Below are positions 44,197 to 54,050 of a DNA stretch of 64,000 bases, one piece after another. Location of the stretch: contig CAVSQW010000012.1 of assembly GCA_963730185.1 (NCBI GenBank), forward strand, positions 64,001 through 128,000, in the 5' to 3' direction. Below the pieces are notes generated by a model. The model saw only the letters and a program-made list of their open reading frames with translations. It did no database searches and was not told the DNA's origin. This stretch comes from an uncultured Gemmatimonadales bacterium. GTDB taxonomy: Bacteria > Gemmatimonadota > Gemmatimonadetes > Gemmatimonadales > GWC2-71-9. The stretch's first letter is position 1, and the number at the start of each line of letters is the position of its first letter. Both the position numbers and the translations under genes were made by a program.

Positions 44197-44955
44197 ATGC
44201 ATCGTTCGAGCTGGTGGATACTGATCATCACGGCCGTCGCGGCCTGCCGCGCCAGCGGACCCGATACCGGCGAGGAAGGCGGCCGGTTTCGGGCCACCTA
44301 CGGACCGGCGACGGCGGAATTCGCCGAATTCCGTGATCGGTTGGTCACCAACCAGTTCCTGGACACCGTTGCCATCCGGCTCAACGACTCGCTCCGAATC
44401 CCGAAGGACATCACCCTGGCGACCTCGCACTGCGAGGAACCGAACGCGTCGTACGACCCGATCACCCGCCGGGTCACCCTCTGCTACGAGCTGTTCGAGA
44501 GCCTCGGCGAGCAGTTCGGCTCCGAGACCGGGGGCGAGTATCTCGTGGCGGGGACGATCGTGTTTGCGCTCATGCACGAGACCGCGCACGCCCTGATCGA
44601 CGTGCTCGACCTGCCCACCACGGGTCGGGAGGAAGACGCCGCCGATCAGCTGGCCACCCTGCTCCTCCTCGACGAGGGCGCCACCGGCGACTCGCTCGCC
44701 TTCGGCGCGGTGGGCTGGCTGGCCACCAACGCGCACGCCAACCCGCTCGACACCCTGGCGTTCGCCGACGATCACGCGCTCGACATCCAGCGGGTGTACA
44801 ACATCCTCTGCCTGATATACGGACGTGACCCGTCGAAGTACCCGGAGGTAGTCGAGGACGGCTGGCTCCCGGTCCAGCGGCGCGACCGCTGCCCGGCGGA
44901 ATACCAGCGCCTTCGCGACAACTGGCGCCAGCTGCTGGCTCCCTACCACCGCTGA
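44197..44955 (+). CDS. Lipoprotein zinc metallopeptidase (DUF4344-like)
   Basis: Lipobox VAAC; NASYDP..LCYE; HETAHALID (HExxH); GREEDAADQLA; H..DIQRVYNILCLIYG. Confidence 0.82.
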   Translation: MHRSSWWILIITAVAACRASGPDTGEEGGRFRATYGPATAEFAEFRDRLVTNQFLDTVAIRLNDSLRIPKDITLATSHCEEPNASYDPITRRVTLCYELFESLGEQFGSETGGEYLVAGTIVFALMHETAHALIDVLDLPTTGREEDAADQLATLLLLDEGATGDSLAFGAVGWLATNAHANPLDTLAFADDHALDIQRVYNILCLIYGRDPSKYPEVVEDGWLPVQRRDRCPAEYQRLRDNWRQLLAPYHR

Positions 44956-44967
44956 CCCGGCTCCGGG

Positions 44968-46569
44968 CTAGCGATTCAGCCGCCCCGAGGTGTTGAAGAC
45001 GAAGCCCTTCCCGATGGCGAGCTCCCATCGCGGCCGGCCGATGCCATCGCCGCCGATCCGGGCCAGGTCCACCCGAACCGGCTCGAGCCCCGAGGCGATG
45101 GTGAGGCCGAACCGGAGCCCCACCCCCACCGAGTAGCCGGTCCTCCGGGGCGAGCCATGATACCAGGCCCCTCCGTAGTCCGCGAACGCCGCCAGGCCGA
45201 GCCCCGCCGAGCGGAGCAGGTTGTCAGTCAGGGTGTAGCGATACTCGGTCGTGAGCAGGAAGGCCCGGTCGCCGGTGAAGGCGTGGGCGTTGAACCCCCG
45301 TGGGCCGACGTCCAGCCCGAGATCGAACTCGGCCCCCGGCGCCGGGCGCCGCTGCCATCCGTGGGAGGCGTGGAAGACCACCATGTTCCGAGGATTCGGC
45401 TTGATCACCGCCATCCCGCCGACGCTGACCGACCCGGAGTCGAGCCCGGCGCTCGTGAACCGTCCCAGCGCCGAGGCATTGAGCCGGGCGAAGCCGCCCC
45501 GCCAGCCGATTCCGGTCCCCAGGACGACGTTGGGCACCACCCCATCCTCGGCATACCCGAATGCCCGGGGCGTGAGGTAGACGCCGACGTGCACCAGGGT
45601 GCTCAGGTCGATGTCCTCCTGCCGCCCGAAGCCGGCGAACCCCTCGCTGACCAGAAAGCGCGCCGACCGCCACTGGAGGTAGGCGCCGACCGCCCCGGTC
45701 AGGGTGTGGGCCAGCGTGTCGCGGACTCGCTCCACGGCGTAGTCGTCGCGGCGAATCTGGCCCGCCACGCCCCACCGGACATAGCCCCTGGGACTCGCAA
45801 TCGGCGCGAACGACACCCCGGCCGACCCGAGCCAGAACCGCCGGGACAGGGTATCCCGCGCCACCGGGTTGCCCTCGAAGAACCGAAGGATCCGCTCGTC
45901 CCGCTCTTCGCCGGTCGCGTACCAGCTCATCGGCGTGGAGAGCGAGAAGAACGGCTTGGTCAGGGCCGCGTATTCCACCCGCCCGTCGGAGCGGCGGTCG
46001 TAGAGTGCCGAGATCCCCACCGTACCGGCGATCAGCCGCTGGCGCTGGAACTGGGTCAGGACCGCGGTCCGGTCGGGCTCCTTCCGGTAGCGAACCCCGA
46101 GCAGGGTGGCGGTGCCGAGGAGATTGAGCTCGTCCAGGGCCACCGACCAGGTGGTGCTGCCACCCGAGAGCTTCAGGCGGGCATCGGCTCGGGTGCTGAA
46201 CGCGTCGCGGGTCCGGACCTGGAGAATCAGCCCCGAGTCGGTCCGGACCGAGTCGATCCGCACCAGCTGGAACACCCGGAGCGCCCGGAGGTTGCGCTCG
46301 GTCTCGGCCACCCGGGCGGAGTCGTACACGTCGCCGGGGCGGAGGAGGAGCTCCCGCCGGACGATGCCGTCCCGGGTGGTAAAGTGGAGTCCGTTGGCGA
46401 GAGCGGGGATCAGCCCGTGCGCCTCGGAGTCGGGGAAGACGTCGTCGGTCCGGATCTCGATGGCGCGGATTCGCGCCGAGCTGGAATCAGGTGTTTGCGC
46501 CGCCGCGGTCCGGGCGCCGAGAACAAGGGCGACCAGCGCTCCGATCGGGGCGAGTCGAGACGGCGTCAT
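44968..46569 (-). CDS. Omp85/BamA-TamA superfamily outer membrane protein (single POTRA + barrel)
   Basis: Signal peptide; TTRDGIVRRELLLRPGD..ETERNLRAL POTRA; ELNLLGT; PRGF; AFADYGGAW; SVGVGLRF. Confidence 0.78.
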   Translation of the reverse strand: MTPSRLAPIGALVALVLGARTAAAQTPDSSSARIRAIEIRTDDVFPDSEAHGLIPALANGLHFTTRDGIVRRELLLRPGDVYDSARVAETERNLRALRVFQLVRIDSVRTDSGLILQVRTRDAFSTRADARLKLSGGSTTWSVALDELNLLGTATLLGVRYRKEPDRTAVLTQFQRQRLIAGTVGISALYDRRSDGRVEYAALTKPFFSLSTPMSWYATGEERDERILRFFEGNPVARDTLSRRFWLGSAGVSFAPIASPRGYVRWGVAGQIRRDDYAVERVRDTLAHTLTGAVGAYLQWRSARFLVSEGFAGFGRQEDIDLSTLVHVGVYLTPRAFGYAEDGVVPNVVLGTGIGWRGGFARLNASALGRFTSAGLDSGSVSVGGMAVIKPNPRNMVVFHASHGWQRRPAPGAEFDLGLDVGPRGFNAHAFTGDRAFLLTTEYRYTLTDNLLRSAGLGLAAFADYGGAWYHGSPRRTGYSVGVGLRFGLTIASGLEPVRVDLARIGGDGIGRPRWELAIGKGFVFNTSGRLNR

Positions 46570-46596
46570 GTCCCGGCACCGCGCCCTGGGCGCGGG

Positions 46597-46866
46597 TCAG
46601 GCGAGGCTCTCGAGCAGCCGCCACAGCTCCTGGGCGCTGAACTCGTTGAATCGTCTGAGCAGATCGTCCTCGGTCCACTCGACGAAGATCCAGCCGGTCG
46701 AGCGAGAGGCGTCGTCGTCACCCACGAAATGCACCCGGGCGCGGACCGGCCGGGTGTCGGTTCGGGTCTCGAGATACACCCGCCACGCCGCCCCACCTCG
46801 GGCCAAGTCGCCGAGGTGTCGCGCGCCGGGAAGATTGGGGAGCTCTGCGGGCGACGTCTGGGTCAT
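46597..46866 (-). CDS. Small hypothetical protein (89 aa)
   Basis: Protein-like C-terminal part of ORF 46597..47814; GGAG SD and TACCAT -10 upstream of ATG. Confidence 0.72.
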   Translation of the reverse strand: MTQTSPAELPNLPGARHLGDLARGGAAWRVYLETRTDTRPVRARVHFVGDDDASRSTGWIFVEWTEDDLLRRFNEFSAQELWRLLESLA

Positions 46867-46977
46867 GGCGGACTCCGCGAGAGTGCTCTGGATGGTAGCG
46901 GCCCCACGGAGGCCAAACAAGCGGCCCGGACGGGACGCTGGCTCCGATCCCCCTGTCGGGACTAGATTTTCGGCCCC

Positions 46978-47748
46978 ATGACCGCTCCCGTTACCACCCC
47001 GTGTCCCAACTGCGGCGCGCCGACCTCGGGCAACTTCTGCACCGAGTGCGGTACCCCGGTGGGACGACGCCGCTGCCGGGTCTGCGATGCCGACCTGAGC
47101 CCCGGCGCCCGCTTCTGTCATCGTTGCGGTGCCGAAGACCGACCCGGCGTCGCGCCCCGGCGCGAAAAGACCGCCTGGTACTTCGCCGCCGTCGCCTCCC
47201 TGCTCGCTGTGGCCCTGGTCGGTTATTTCCTCGGCCGCGGCAACACCCCCAAGCCGGTGGTCCCCGACATGGAGAACGCCGGGAACGCCGGGGGCGTGAC
47301 CAGCGCCCGGGCGCCCGACATCAGCCAGATGACCCCCCGAGAGCGGTTCGACCGCCTCTTCGACCGGGTGATGGGCGCGGCCGAGCGTCAGGCCACCGAC
47401 ACCGTCACCATGTTCGCGCCGATGGCGATCGGCGCCTACCAGCAGCTGCCCCAGGTTGACGACGACGCCCGCTATCACGCTGCCATGATCTACCTGGCCG
47501 TCGGCGAAATGGCCCAGGCCAAGGCCCTCGCGGACACGATGTTGACCGACGTGCCCAACAACCTGCTTGCCTACATGGTCCGGGGTGAGGCGGCCGAGCG
47601 CGAGAACGACAAGGCGGCGCTGGCCAAGGCCTACCAGGGCTTCCTGACCCACGTCGACGCCGAGCTCAAGTCCGGCCGGCAGGAATACGCCCAACACCGG
47701 CCGGTCATCGACGATTTCCGGATCCGGGCCGAAGCCCAGACGCGGTAG
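46978..47748 (+). CDS. Double zinc-ribbon + TM + TPR-like protein
   Basis: CPNC..CTEC..CRVC..CHRC, TM AWYFAAVASLLAVALVGYFL, helical C-terminus. Confidence 0.82.
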   Translation: MTAPVTTPCPNCGAPTSGNFCTECGTPVGRRRCRVCDADLSPGARFCHRCGAEDRPGVAPRREKTAWYFAAVASLLAVALVGYFLGRGNTPKPVVPDMENAGNAGGVTSARAPDISQMTPRERFDRLFDRVMGAAERQATDTVTMFAPMAIGAYQQLPQVDDDARYHAAMIYLAVGEMAQAKALADTMLTDVPNNLLAYMVRGEAAERENDKAALAKAYQGFLTHVDAELKSGRQEYAQHRPVIDDFRIRAEAQTR

Positions 47749-47767
47749 CCCCCAGCCCCCGACTCGC

Positions 47768-48604
47768 ATGCTGATTCGCGTTGCCCACAGCCCCGACTCC
47801 GACGACGCCTTCATGTTCTACGCCCTGGCCGAAGGGCTCGTCGACACCGGTGATCTCGAGTACGTCCACGAGCTCTCCGACATCGAGTCCTTGAACCGGC
47901 GGGCCCTGGCCGGGGAGCTGGAGGTGACGGCGGTGTCGATCCACGCCTACGCCCATCTCGCCGACCGCTACGCCCTGCTGAACAGCGGCTCGTCGATGGG
48001 CGACGGCTACGGCCCCCGCCTCGTGTCCAAGGGCCCGGCGCCCACCGACCTCCGGGCCGCTCTCCGGGGCCAGCGGGTCGCCGTGCCGGGCACCCTGACC
48101 ACGGCGTATCTGGCCCTGAAGCTCCTCCAGCCCGACATCGAGCCGGTGGTGATGGCCTTCGACCAGATCGAGGACGCGGTCCTGGCCGGCAAGGTCCCGA
48201 TCGGCCTTCTGATTCACGAAGGCCAGCTCACCTACACCGACCTGGGCCTGAATCTCTGGGGCGACCTCGGCGCCCTCTGGCTCGAGGAAACCGGCCTCCC
48301 CCTCCCCCTCGGCGGCAACGTCGTCCGCCGGGACCTGGGGCCCGAGGTGATCGCCCAGATCGCCCGCGACCTCAAAGCGAGCATCGAGTACGCCCTCGAT
48401 CATCGGGCGGCCGCGCTGAGCCATGCCAAGCAGTTCAACCGGGGCATCAGCGACGAACGGACCGACACCTTCGTCGGGATGTACGTCAACCAATGGACGG
48501 TCGACTACGGGCCCCGGGGCCGGGAGGCGGTCCAGCGGCTGCTCGATCGGGGGTTCGAGGCCGGCCTCCTGCCCCGCAAACTCGAGGTCGACTTCGTGGG
48601 CTAA
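47768..48604 (+). CDS. mqnD: Futalosine-pathway menaquinone biosynthesis protein, MqnD-like
   Basis: HSPDSDDAFMF, DIESLN, VAVPGTLTTA, LIHEG, PLPLGG, MYVN. Confidence 0.8.
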   Translation: MLIRVAHSPDSDDAFMFYALAEGLVDTGDLEYVHELSDIESLNRRALAGELEVTAVSIHAYAHLADRYALLNSGSSMGDGYGPRLVSKGPAPTDLRAALRGQRVAVPGTLTTAYLALKLLQPDIEPVVMAFDQIEDAVLAGKVPIGLLIHEGQLTYTDLGLNLWGDLGALWLEETGLPLPLGGNVVRRDLGPEVIAQIARDLKASIEYALDHRAAALSHAKQFNRGISDERTDTFVGMYVNQWTVDYGPRGREAVQRLLDRGFEAGLLPRKLEVDFVG

Positions 48605-48693
48605 CCCCACCCCGAGCCTTGCCGCCCCGGGGCAAACCCAGCAGATTCCGCCACTTAGACCTGACCGCGAGCCTGCCAGTGGGATCGACTCCC

Positions 48694-49791
48694 GTGGAGT
48701 CAGCTGCAGCGCCATATCCGTCGCTTTCGGGCGGCCACAAGGGTCCGGTCACCGTCCTCGTGGTCGACGACGAGGAGCCGATCCGGAGCGCCCTCAAGCG
48801 CTTCCTGTCGCAACAGAGCTTCGAGGTCTTCACCGCCGCTGACGGGGTGGAGGCGCTGGAGGCCCTGGAGCGCCACAAGATCGCGTGCGTCCTGCTGGAC
48901 GTCAGGCTCCCGGACGCCAGTGGGGTCGATCTCGTCCCCAAGGTGATCGAGCTCGAGCCCAACGTGGCCGTGCTCATGCTCACCGCGGTGAACGATGCGG
49001 CCAGCGCTGCCCTCTGCATGCAGCGGGGGGCCATGGACTATCTCACCAAGCCGGTCGACCTCACCGACCTGCTCCGCGCCATTCAGCGGGCGCTCCGACG
49101 GCGGGACACGATGATCGAGAGTCAGCAGATCAACCACTGGCTCAAGGAAGAGGTCGCCATCCGGACCGCCGAGCTCCGGATGGAGCGGGCCAACCTGGAG
49201 CGGATCTCCGTCGCGACCCTCGAGGCGCTGGTCAACGCCCTGGAGGCCAAGGATCCCTACCTCCGCGGCCACTCCGCCCGGGTGGCCGACCTTGCCGCCA
49301 CCGTGGCGGCCGAGCTCCGACTCGACGAGGAAGAGGTGGAGCTGGTTCGGACCGCCGGCCGGCTCCACGACATCGGCAAGATCGGGATTCGCGAGGAGAT
49401 CCTGAACAAGCAGGGTCCGCTGACGGACGAGGAGTTCGAGCACGTCAAGCACCACACCATCACCGGATCGCAGATCCTGGCGCCGCTCGCGCACCTCAAG
49501 CACATCATCGACATCGTCCGAAGCCACCACGAGCGGTGGGACGGCAAGGGCTATCCCGACGGTCTGACCGGCGAAGCGATCCCCCTCGGCGCCCGGATCA
49601 TCGGCGCGGTGGAGATCTACGACGCGCTCACCACCTCTCGACCGTACCAGGAAAAGATGGTCCCCGAGCTCGCCATCGAGCGGCTCCGCGACCTGGTCGG
49701 CACCGTCATCGACCCGAAGGTTCACCGCGCCCTCCAAGCCGTCGTCGCCCGCCGAGAGGCTCTGATCTTCCTCGACGACTCGCGTGGCTGA
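48694..49791 (+). CDS. REC + HD-GYP cyclic-di-GMP phosphodiesterase (RpfG-like)
   Basis: VVDDE/VLLDV receiver; KDPYLRGHSARV, LHDIGKIG, HHERWDGKGYPDGL, RPYQ; start approximate. Confidence 0.92.
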   Translation: MESAAAPYPSLSGGHKGPVTVLVVDDEEPIRSALKRFLSQQSFEVFTAADGVEALEALERHKIACVLLDVRLPDASGVDLVPKVIELEPNVAVLMLTAVNDAASAALCMQRGAMDYLTKPVDLTDLLRAIQRALRRRDTMIESQQINHWLKEEVAIRTAELRMERANLERISVATLEALVNALEAKDPYLRGHSARVADLAATVAAELRLDEEEVELVRTAGRLHDIGKIGIREEILNKQGPLTDEEFEHVKHHTITGSQILAPLAHLKHIIDIVRSHHERWDGKGYPDGLTGEAIPLGARIIGAVEIYDALTTSRPYQEKMVPELAIERLRDLVGTVIDPKVHRALQAVVARREALIFLDDSRG

Positions 49792-50836
49792 TCCCGCCGC
49801 CCTCCGGGTCCTCGTCGTCGAAGACGACCCCGCGATGGTGGCGATCGTTCGACATCTGCTCCAATCGGCTGGGTATCAGCGGATCACCACCGTGACCACG
49901 GGCGCGGAAGCGCTGGCGCGGGCGGACGACACCGACCTGGTCCTGCTCGACCACCAATTGCCCGACACCACCGGCATCGACCTGGTGCCCCGTCTGGTCG
50001 CCCGGCCCGATCCGCCGTCCGTCATCATGGTGACCGGCGCGGGCAACGAGACCCTGGCGGCGGCCGCGCTTCGGGCCGGCGCCGAGGACTACCTCGCCAA
50101 GGACGGCAACCTCCGGGCCCTCCTGCCCCAGATCGTGGAGCGAACCCGCCGGCACCGAGCCCTCCGCGAGGCCCAGACCGCGGTAGAGGAAGAGCTGGTC
50201 CGGGCCGAGCGGCTGGCGGCGATCGGCGAGATGACGGTCACGCTGCACCACGAGATCAACAACCCGCTGATGACCGCCTCGGCCGAGGTGGAGCTGCTGC
50301 TGGCCGATCCCGGTTTGGACGAGGCCCGGCGAGAGTCGCTCGACTCGGTGCGGCTCGCCCTGGGCCGGATCCGGGACATCATCCGCCAGGCCGGCGAGCT
50401 CCGTCAGGCGGCGAGTGACGACTACCTGGCCGGACTCCGGATGATCCGGCTGTCGTCGGACGCCGCGACGATGCCGCATCGAGGTCGGGCCCTGCTCTGG
50501 ATCGCCGACGAAGAGGTGGCCCGGCTCACCGCGCTGTTACTCCGCCACCACGGGTTCACGGCCGAGCGGGTGAGCTCGCCCCGCGAGCTGGCCACCGGGG
50601 CGGAGCGACTGGGGGTCTCGCTGGTAGTGTTGTCCGCGGCGGGCTCCGCCGACCCGGCGGATGCGCTCGCCGGCTTCACGCCCGCTCCCGAGCGGAGCTA
50701 CGCTCTGGTGGCCCTGGTCTCCGGCGACCTGACCGGCGCGCGGGCGGCCGGCGCCGACCGAGTCGTCTCACTCCCCTTCGATCCCGCCACCTTGGCGGAC
50801 GAGCTGGTCGGCGCGGTCGACGGACCGCGGGGCTGA
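49784..50836 (+). CDS. REC + HisKA (no HATPase) + degenerate REC signalling protein
   Basis: LVVEDD, LVLLDHQLP, DYLAK; ERLAAIGEMTVTLHHEINNPL; C-terminal GADRVVSLPFD. Confidence 0.85.
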   Translation: MADPAALRVLVVEDDPAMVAIVRHLLQSAGYQRITTVTTGAEALARADDTDLVLLDHQLPDTTGIDLVPRLVARPDPPSVIMVTGAGNETLAAAALRAGAEDYLAKDGNLRALLPQIVERTRRHRALREAQTAVEEELVRAERLAAIGEMTVTLHHEINNPLMTASAEVELLLADPGLDEARRESLDSVRLALGRIRDIIRQAGELRQAASDDYLAGLRMIRLSSDAATMPHRGRALLWIADEEVARLTALLLRHHGFTAERVSSPRELATGAERLGVSLVVLSAAGSADPADALAGFTPAPERSYALVALVSGDLTGARAAGADRVVSLPFDPATLADELVGAVDGPRG

Positions 50837-50846
50837 GGCCGGCCAG

Positions 50847-52286
50847 TCAGGCGCGGGCCAGCCGCGGGAGCGACGGATCGTCGCCCGCGGTCGGGCTCCG
50901 TTCCCAACGGCGCTCCTCGGGGACCAGGTGCCGGATGCTGTTGGCGTAATACTCCAGCAGCGGGCGCGCTCCCGGCTGGATTACCAGACTCTCTCCTTCG
51001 CGCATCACCCACCGCCGCCGGTGCAGGGTTCGCCAGGCCCGGTCCCAGAGGTCGGCCGAGGTGCGCTCGGCGCCGACCAACCGGGAGTTGAAGGCGCTGA
51101 GCCATTGGCGGAGCTGGTCGATCCGCGGCCCCAGCGCCGCGACCGGCACCACGCTGGCCTGGAACGAGAGGAGGGCCGCCGCCACCAGGGGCACCGGCGT
51201 CACCGGGAGAATCGCGCCGATCCGCGCCATCAGCTCGTCGGCCAACGCCCGGACGGCTGGACGCCTGGCCTCCCAGGCCTGGTCGAGCACCCCAGCCCGC
51301 CCGGATCCGAACCAGGCCCGCACCGAGACCGGAACGCCGACGTTGACCGCCACTCGCCCGTAGCGCCGGCGCTGGCCGACCAGAAGCCGAACCAGGTTGC
51401 CACCCACGAAGCCCAGCACGCCGAACAGCTGGGCCCCTCGTGAGGGCGGCCGGTCCCCGACCACAAGCTCCCGGGTCAGCGATCGATCCTCCAGCACCCG
51501 GTCGTAGTTGAGGCCGATCGGCACCAGCCAGACGTCGCCCTCGAAGGCCGGGTCCCGAATGGTGCGGACCACCGCGTCGAGCAGGCCCACCTTCGGCGGA
51601 CGGAGGGTCCCGTCGCGGGTGAGGCCGCCTTCGGGAAAGATGCCCTGGGTAACCCGGTTGCGGGTGATCAGCTGCACGTACCGCTCCAGGACCACGTGGT
51701 AGAGCGGCTCCCGGAACCGGCGTCGCACGAAATACCCCCCGCAGGTCTTGAAGAGGTACTCCAGCGGCCAGGTCCGGGCCCACTCACCCACCGCCCAACT
51801 GATGCTCACCAGGCCCGCCAGCACGTAGACCAGCACGACGTAGTCCATGTTCGAGCGGTGATTCACGAGGTAAACCACCACGTCGCGACGGGGGAGAGTC
51901 CGGATGCGCTCCTCGTCCTCGTAGTCCACCGACACCCGGTAGAACAGCCGGCTCAGGAAGCGCGACACCCCGTAGGCGAGCTTGTAGTAGGAGAGCACCT
52001 TGAAGAACGGGACGATCTCGTCGACGTACCGCTCGACCTTCCGTCGCGCCTGGTCCGGCGCGACCCTCTCGGTCTCGACGTGCCGCCGGGTCGCCTCGAG
52101 GACGAGGGGGTCGTCGAGCAACGAGGTGCGCACCACCCGGCGGTCTTCCAGCTTGTAGCGGTCGAGCCGGGCCCGGAACCGGAGCACCGTTTGCCGGGCG
52201 TTACGGCGGAGCCAGCGGCGGAACAGCACGGCCAGCGCCAGGAGAGCCAGCAGACCGCCGACGGCAAGGGGAACGAGTGGCGGCAC
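50847..52286 (-). CDS. Glycerol-3-phosphate/lysophospholipid acyltransferase (PlsB/GPAT-like)
   Basis: NHRSNMDY (HxxxxD), GGYFVRR, IFPEGGLTRDG, VPIGLNYDRVLE. Confidence 0.85.
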   Translation of the reverse strand: MPPLVPLAVGGLLALLALAVLFRRWLRRNARQTVLRFRARLDRYKLEDRRVVRTSLLDDPLVLEATRRHVETERVAPDQARRKVERYVDEIVPFFKVLSYYKLAYGVSRFLSRLFYRVSVDYEDEERIRTLPRRDVVVYLVNHRSNMDYVVLVYVLAGLVSISWAVGEWARTWPLEYLFKTCGGYFVRRRFREPLYHVVLERYVQLITRNRVTQGIFPEGGLTRDGTLRPPKVGLLDAVVRTIRDPAFEGDVWLVPIGLNYDRVLEDRSLTRELVVGDRPPSRGAQLFGVLGFVGGNLVRLLVGQRRRYGRVAVNVGVPVSVRAWFGSGRAGVLDQAWEARRPAVRALADELMARIGAILPVTPVPLVAAALLSFQASVVPVAALGPRIDQLRQWLSAFNSRLVGAERTSADLWDRAWRTLHRRRWVMREGESLVIQPGARPLLEYYANSIRHLVPEERRWERSPTAGDDPSLPRLARA

Positions 52287-52300
52287 GCCGGCGGCGCGGC

Positions 52301-53314
52301 TCAGGCGCTCACGGCCTTCGCCTGCTGATAGGCCATGCCCTTGAGCCGGGTCACCCGCTGGGCGATCGCCGGGTGGCTGGCGAAGGCGCCCAGGAAGCCC
52401 TCCTTCTGCGCCAGCCGGCTGGCGGCCGGATCGACGATGCACATGTGAGCGGCGCCCCGAGCGATCGAGCGGGTCGGCGCCGTCGCGGCGTCGAGCTTCT
52501 CGAGGGCGCTGGCCAGGGCCATCGGATTCCGAGTGAGCTGCGCCCCGGTGGCGTCGGCGAGGAACTCCCGCTTCCGGCTCACCGCCATGGCCAGGAGCCG
52601 GGTGACGATCGGAGCCACCAGCAAGGTGATCAGCCAGAGGCCGAGCACGATCAGGCCGAGCGGGTTACCACCCTTCTTGCCGCCCCCGCGCGACCCACCT
52701 CGACCGCCCATCCGGCCGCCGAACCGGAGAAAGTTGCGCATCAAGTCGGACATCAGAACGATGGCGCCGATCATTCCGGCCAGCAGCGTCATCAGCCGCA
52801 CGTCGTAGTTCCGGATATGGGCCATCTCGTGGGCGATCACGCCTTGGAGCTCGTCCCGATTGAGCGCCTGGAGCAGCCCTTCGGTGACCGCGATGTTGGC
52901 CCGCATCGGGTCGGCCCCGGCCGCGAAGGCGTTGGGATCCGGATCGGGCACGATCCAGATCTTGGGCTTGGGCGTGCCCGACGCGATCGCCATCTCCTCC
53001 ACCACGTTGACCAGCTGCTTCTGCTCGGGCGTCGCCGGCTCCATCAGCTCCCACGCCCCCGCGGCCTTGAGCACCTGGTGAGCGCCGTTGTGCCAGGAAA
53101 ACCAGGCGATGCCCGCGGCGAGCCCCATCGCCGCGAGCCCGATGAAGGGAATCACGTGGTGGTAGCGGTCGGGCGGCAGGTCGCGGGTCAGGAGATAGAA
53201 CGCAAGATCGCCACCGAACCCGACCCAGGCGGTGAAGAGGACGAACCCCACCGTGAGCCAGGTCGAGCGGCGGCGATTCGCGGCCTGCTGCTCGAATAGG
53301 TTCGGTTCGTTCAC
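52301..53314 (-). CDS. htpX: M48 zinc metalloprotease HtpX
   Basis: PNAFA, IAHEMAHIRNYD, SRKREFLADA, FASHP. Confidence 0.9.
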   Translation of the reverse strand: MNEPNLFEQQAANRRRSTWLTVGFVLFTAWVGFGGDLAFYLLTRDLPPDRYHHVIPFIGLAAMGLAAGIAWFSWHNGAHQVLKAAGAWELMEPATPEQKQLVNVVEEMAIASGTPKPKIWIVPDPDPNAFAAGADPMRANIAVTEGLLQALNRDELQGVIAHEMAHIRNYDVRLMTLLAGMIGAIVLMSDLMRNFLRFGGRMGGRGGSRGGGKKGGNPLGLIVLGLWLITLLVAPIVTRLLAMAVSRKREFLADATGAQLTRNPMALASALEKLDAATAPTRSIARGAAHMCIVDPAASRLAQKEGFLGAFASHPAIAQRVTRLKGMAYQQAKAVSA

Positions 53315-53886
53315 GCCGCCGGTGGCTTATTGAACCCCAGGTCGACCTTCGGCACTGCGCGCTCCGACTCGTCCTCGATCTGCCACAGCTCCGCCGGTGA
53401 CGCCTTGGCGAGCCCCGCGACCAGGTTGGTCGGGAACTGCATCTGCTTGGTGTTGTAAAGGGTTGCCTCGTCGTTGTAGAGCTGACGGGCGAACGCGATC
53501 TTGTTCTCGGTGCTGGTCAGCTCCTCCTGGAGCTGGGCCACGTTGCCGGTGGCCTTGAGGTCGGGATACGCCTCGGTCAGCGCGAAGAGCCGGCCCAGGG
53601 CCTGGGTCAGCTCACCCTCCGCCTTGGCCGTTTCCTTGACGCCCTGCGCGCCGATGGCGCGGTTCCGCGCGGAGATGACCGCCTCGAGAGTCTCCTTCTC
53701 GAAGTTCATCGCTCCCTTGACGGTCTCAATCAGATTCGGGATCAGATCGTGGCGCCGCTTGAGCTGCACGTCGATCTGCTTCCACGCGTTGAGCACCCGG
53801 TTCTTGAGCGCGATGAGGTTGTTGTAGGCGCCGATGACCCAAAACACCAGCACCACCACGACCACCAGGAAAATCAGCATCCCCAT
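53311..53886 (-). CDS. lemA: LemA family protein
   Basis: N-terminal TM; IDVQLKRRHDLIPNL, EAYPDLKA, TENKIAFARQLYN, FPTNL. Confidence 0.94.
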   Translation of the reverse strand: MGMLIFLVVVVVLVFWVIGAYNNLIALKNRVLNAWKQIDVQLKRRHDLIPNLIETVKGAMNFEKETLEAVISARNRAIGAQGVKETAKAEGELTQALGRLFALTEAYPDLKATGNVAQLQEELTSTENKIAFARQLYNDEATLYNTKQMQFPTNLVAGLAKASPAELWQIEDESERAVPKVDLGFNKPPAA

Positions 53887-54050
53887 CGTGGAGGCCTCCA
53901 CCTCGAAGGTGAACCTGCCAAGCTGCGACCGACCGACCACCAAAGATGGGGCACCCGGCCCCGGGGGGGGAGGGGCGGCCGCGCAATCGGGGTCCGCGCT
54001 GTACAAAAAGGATGACGGCGCGGGGGGTCCGTCGCCCGATGTTGCCTAGC

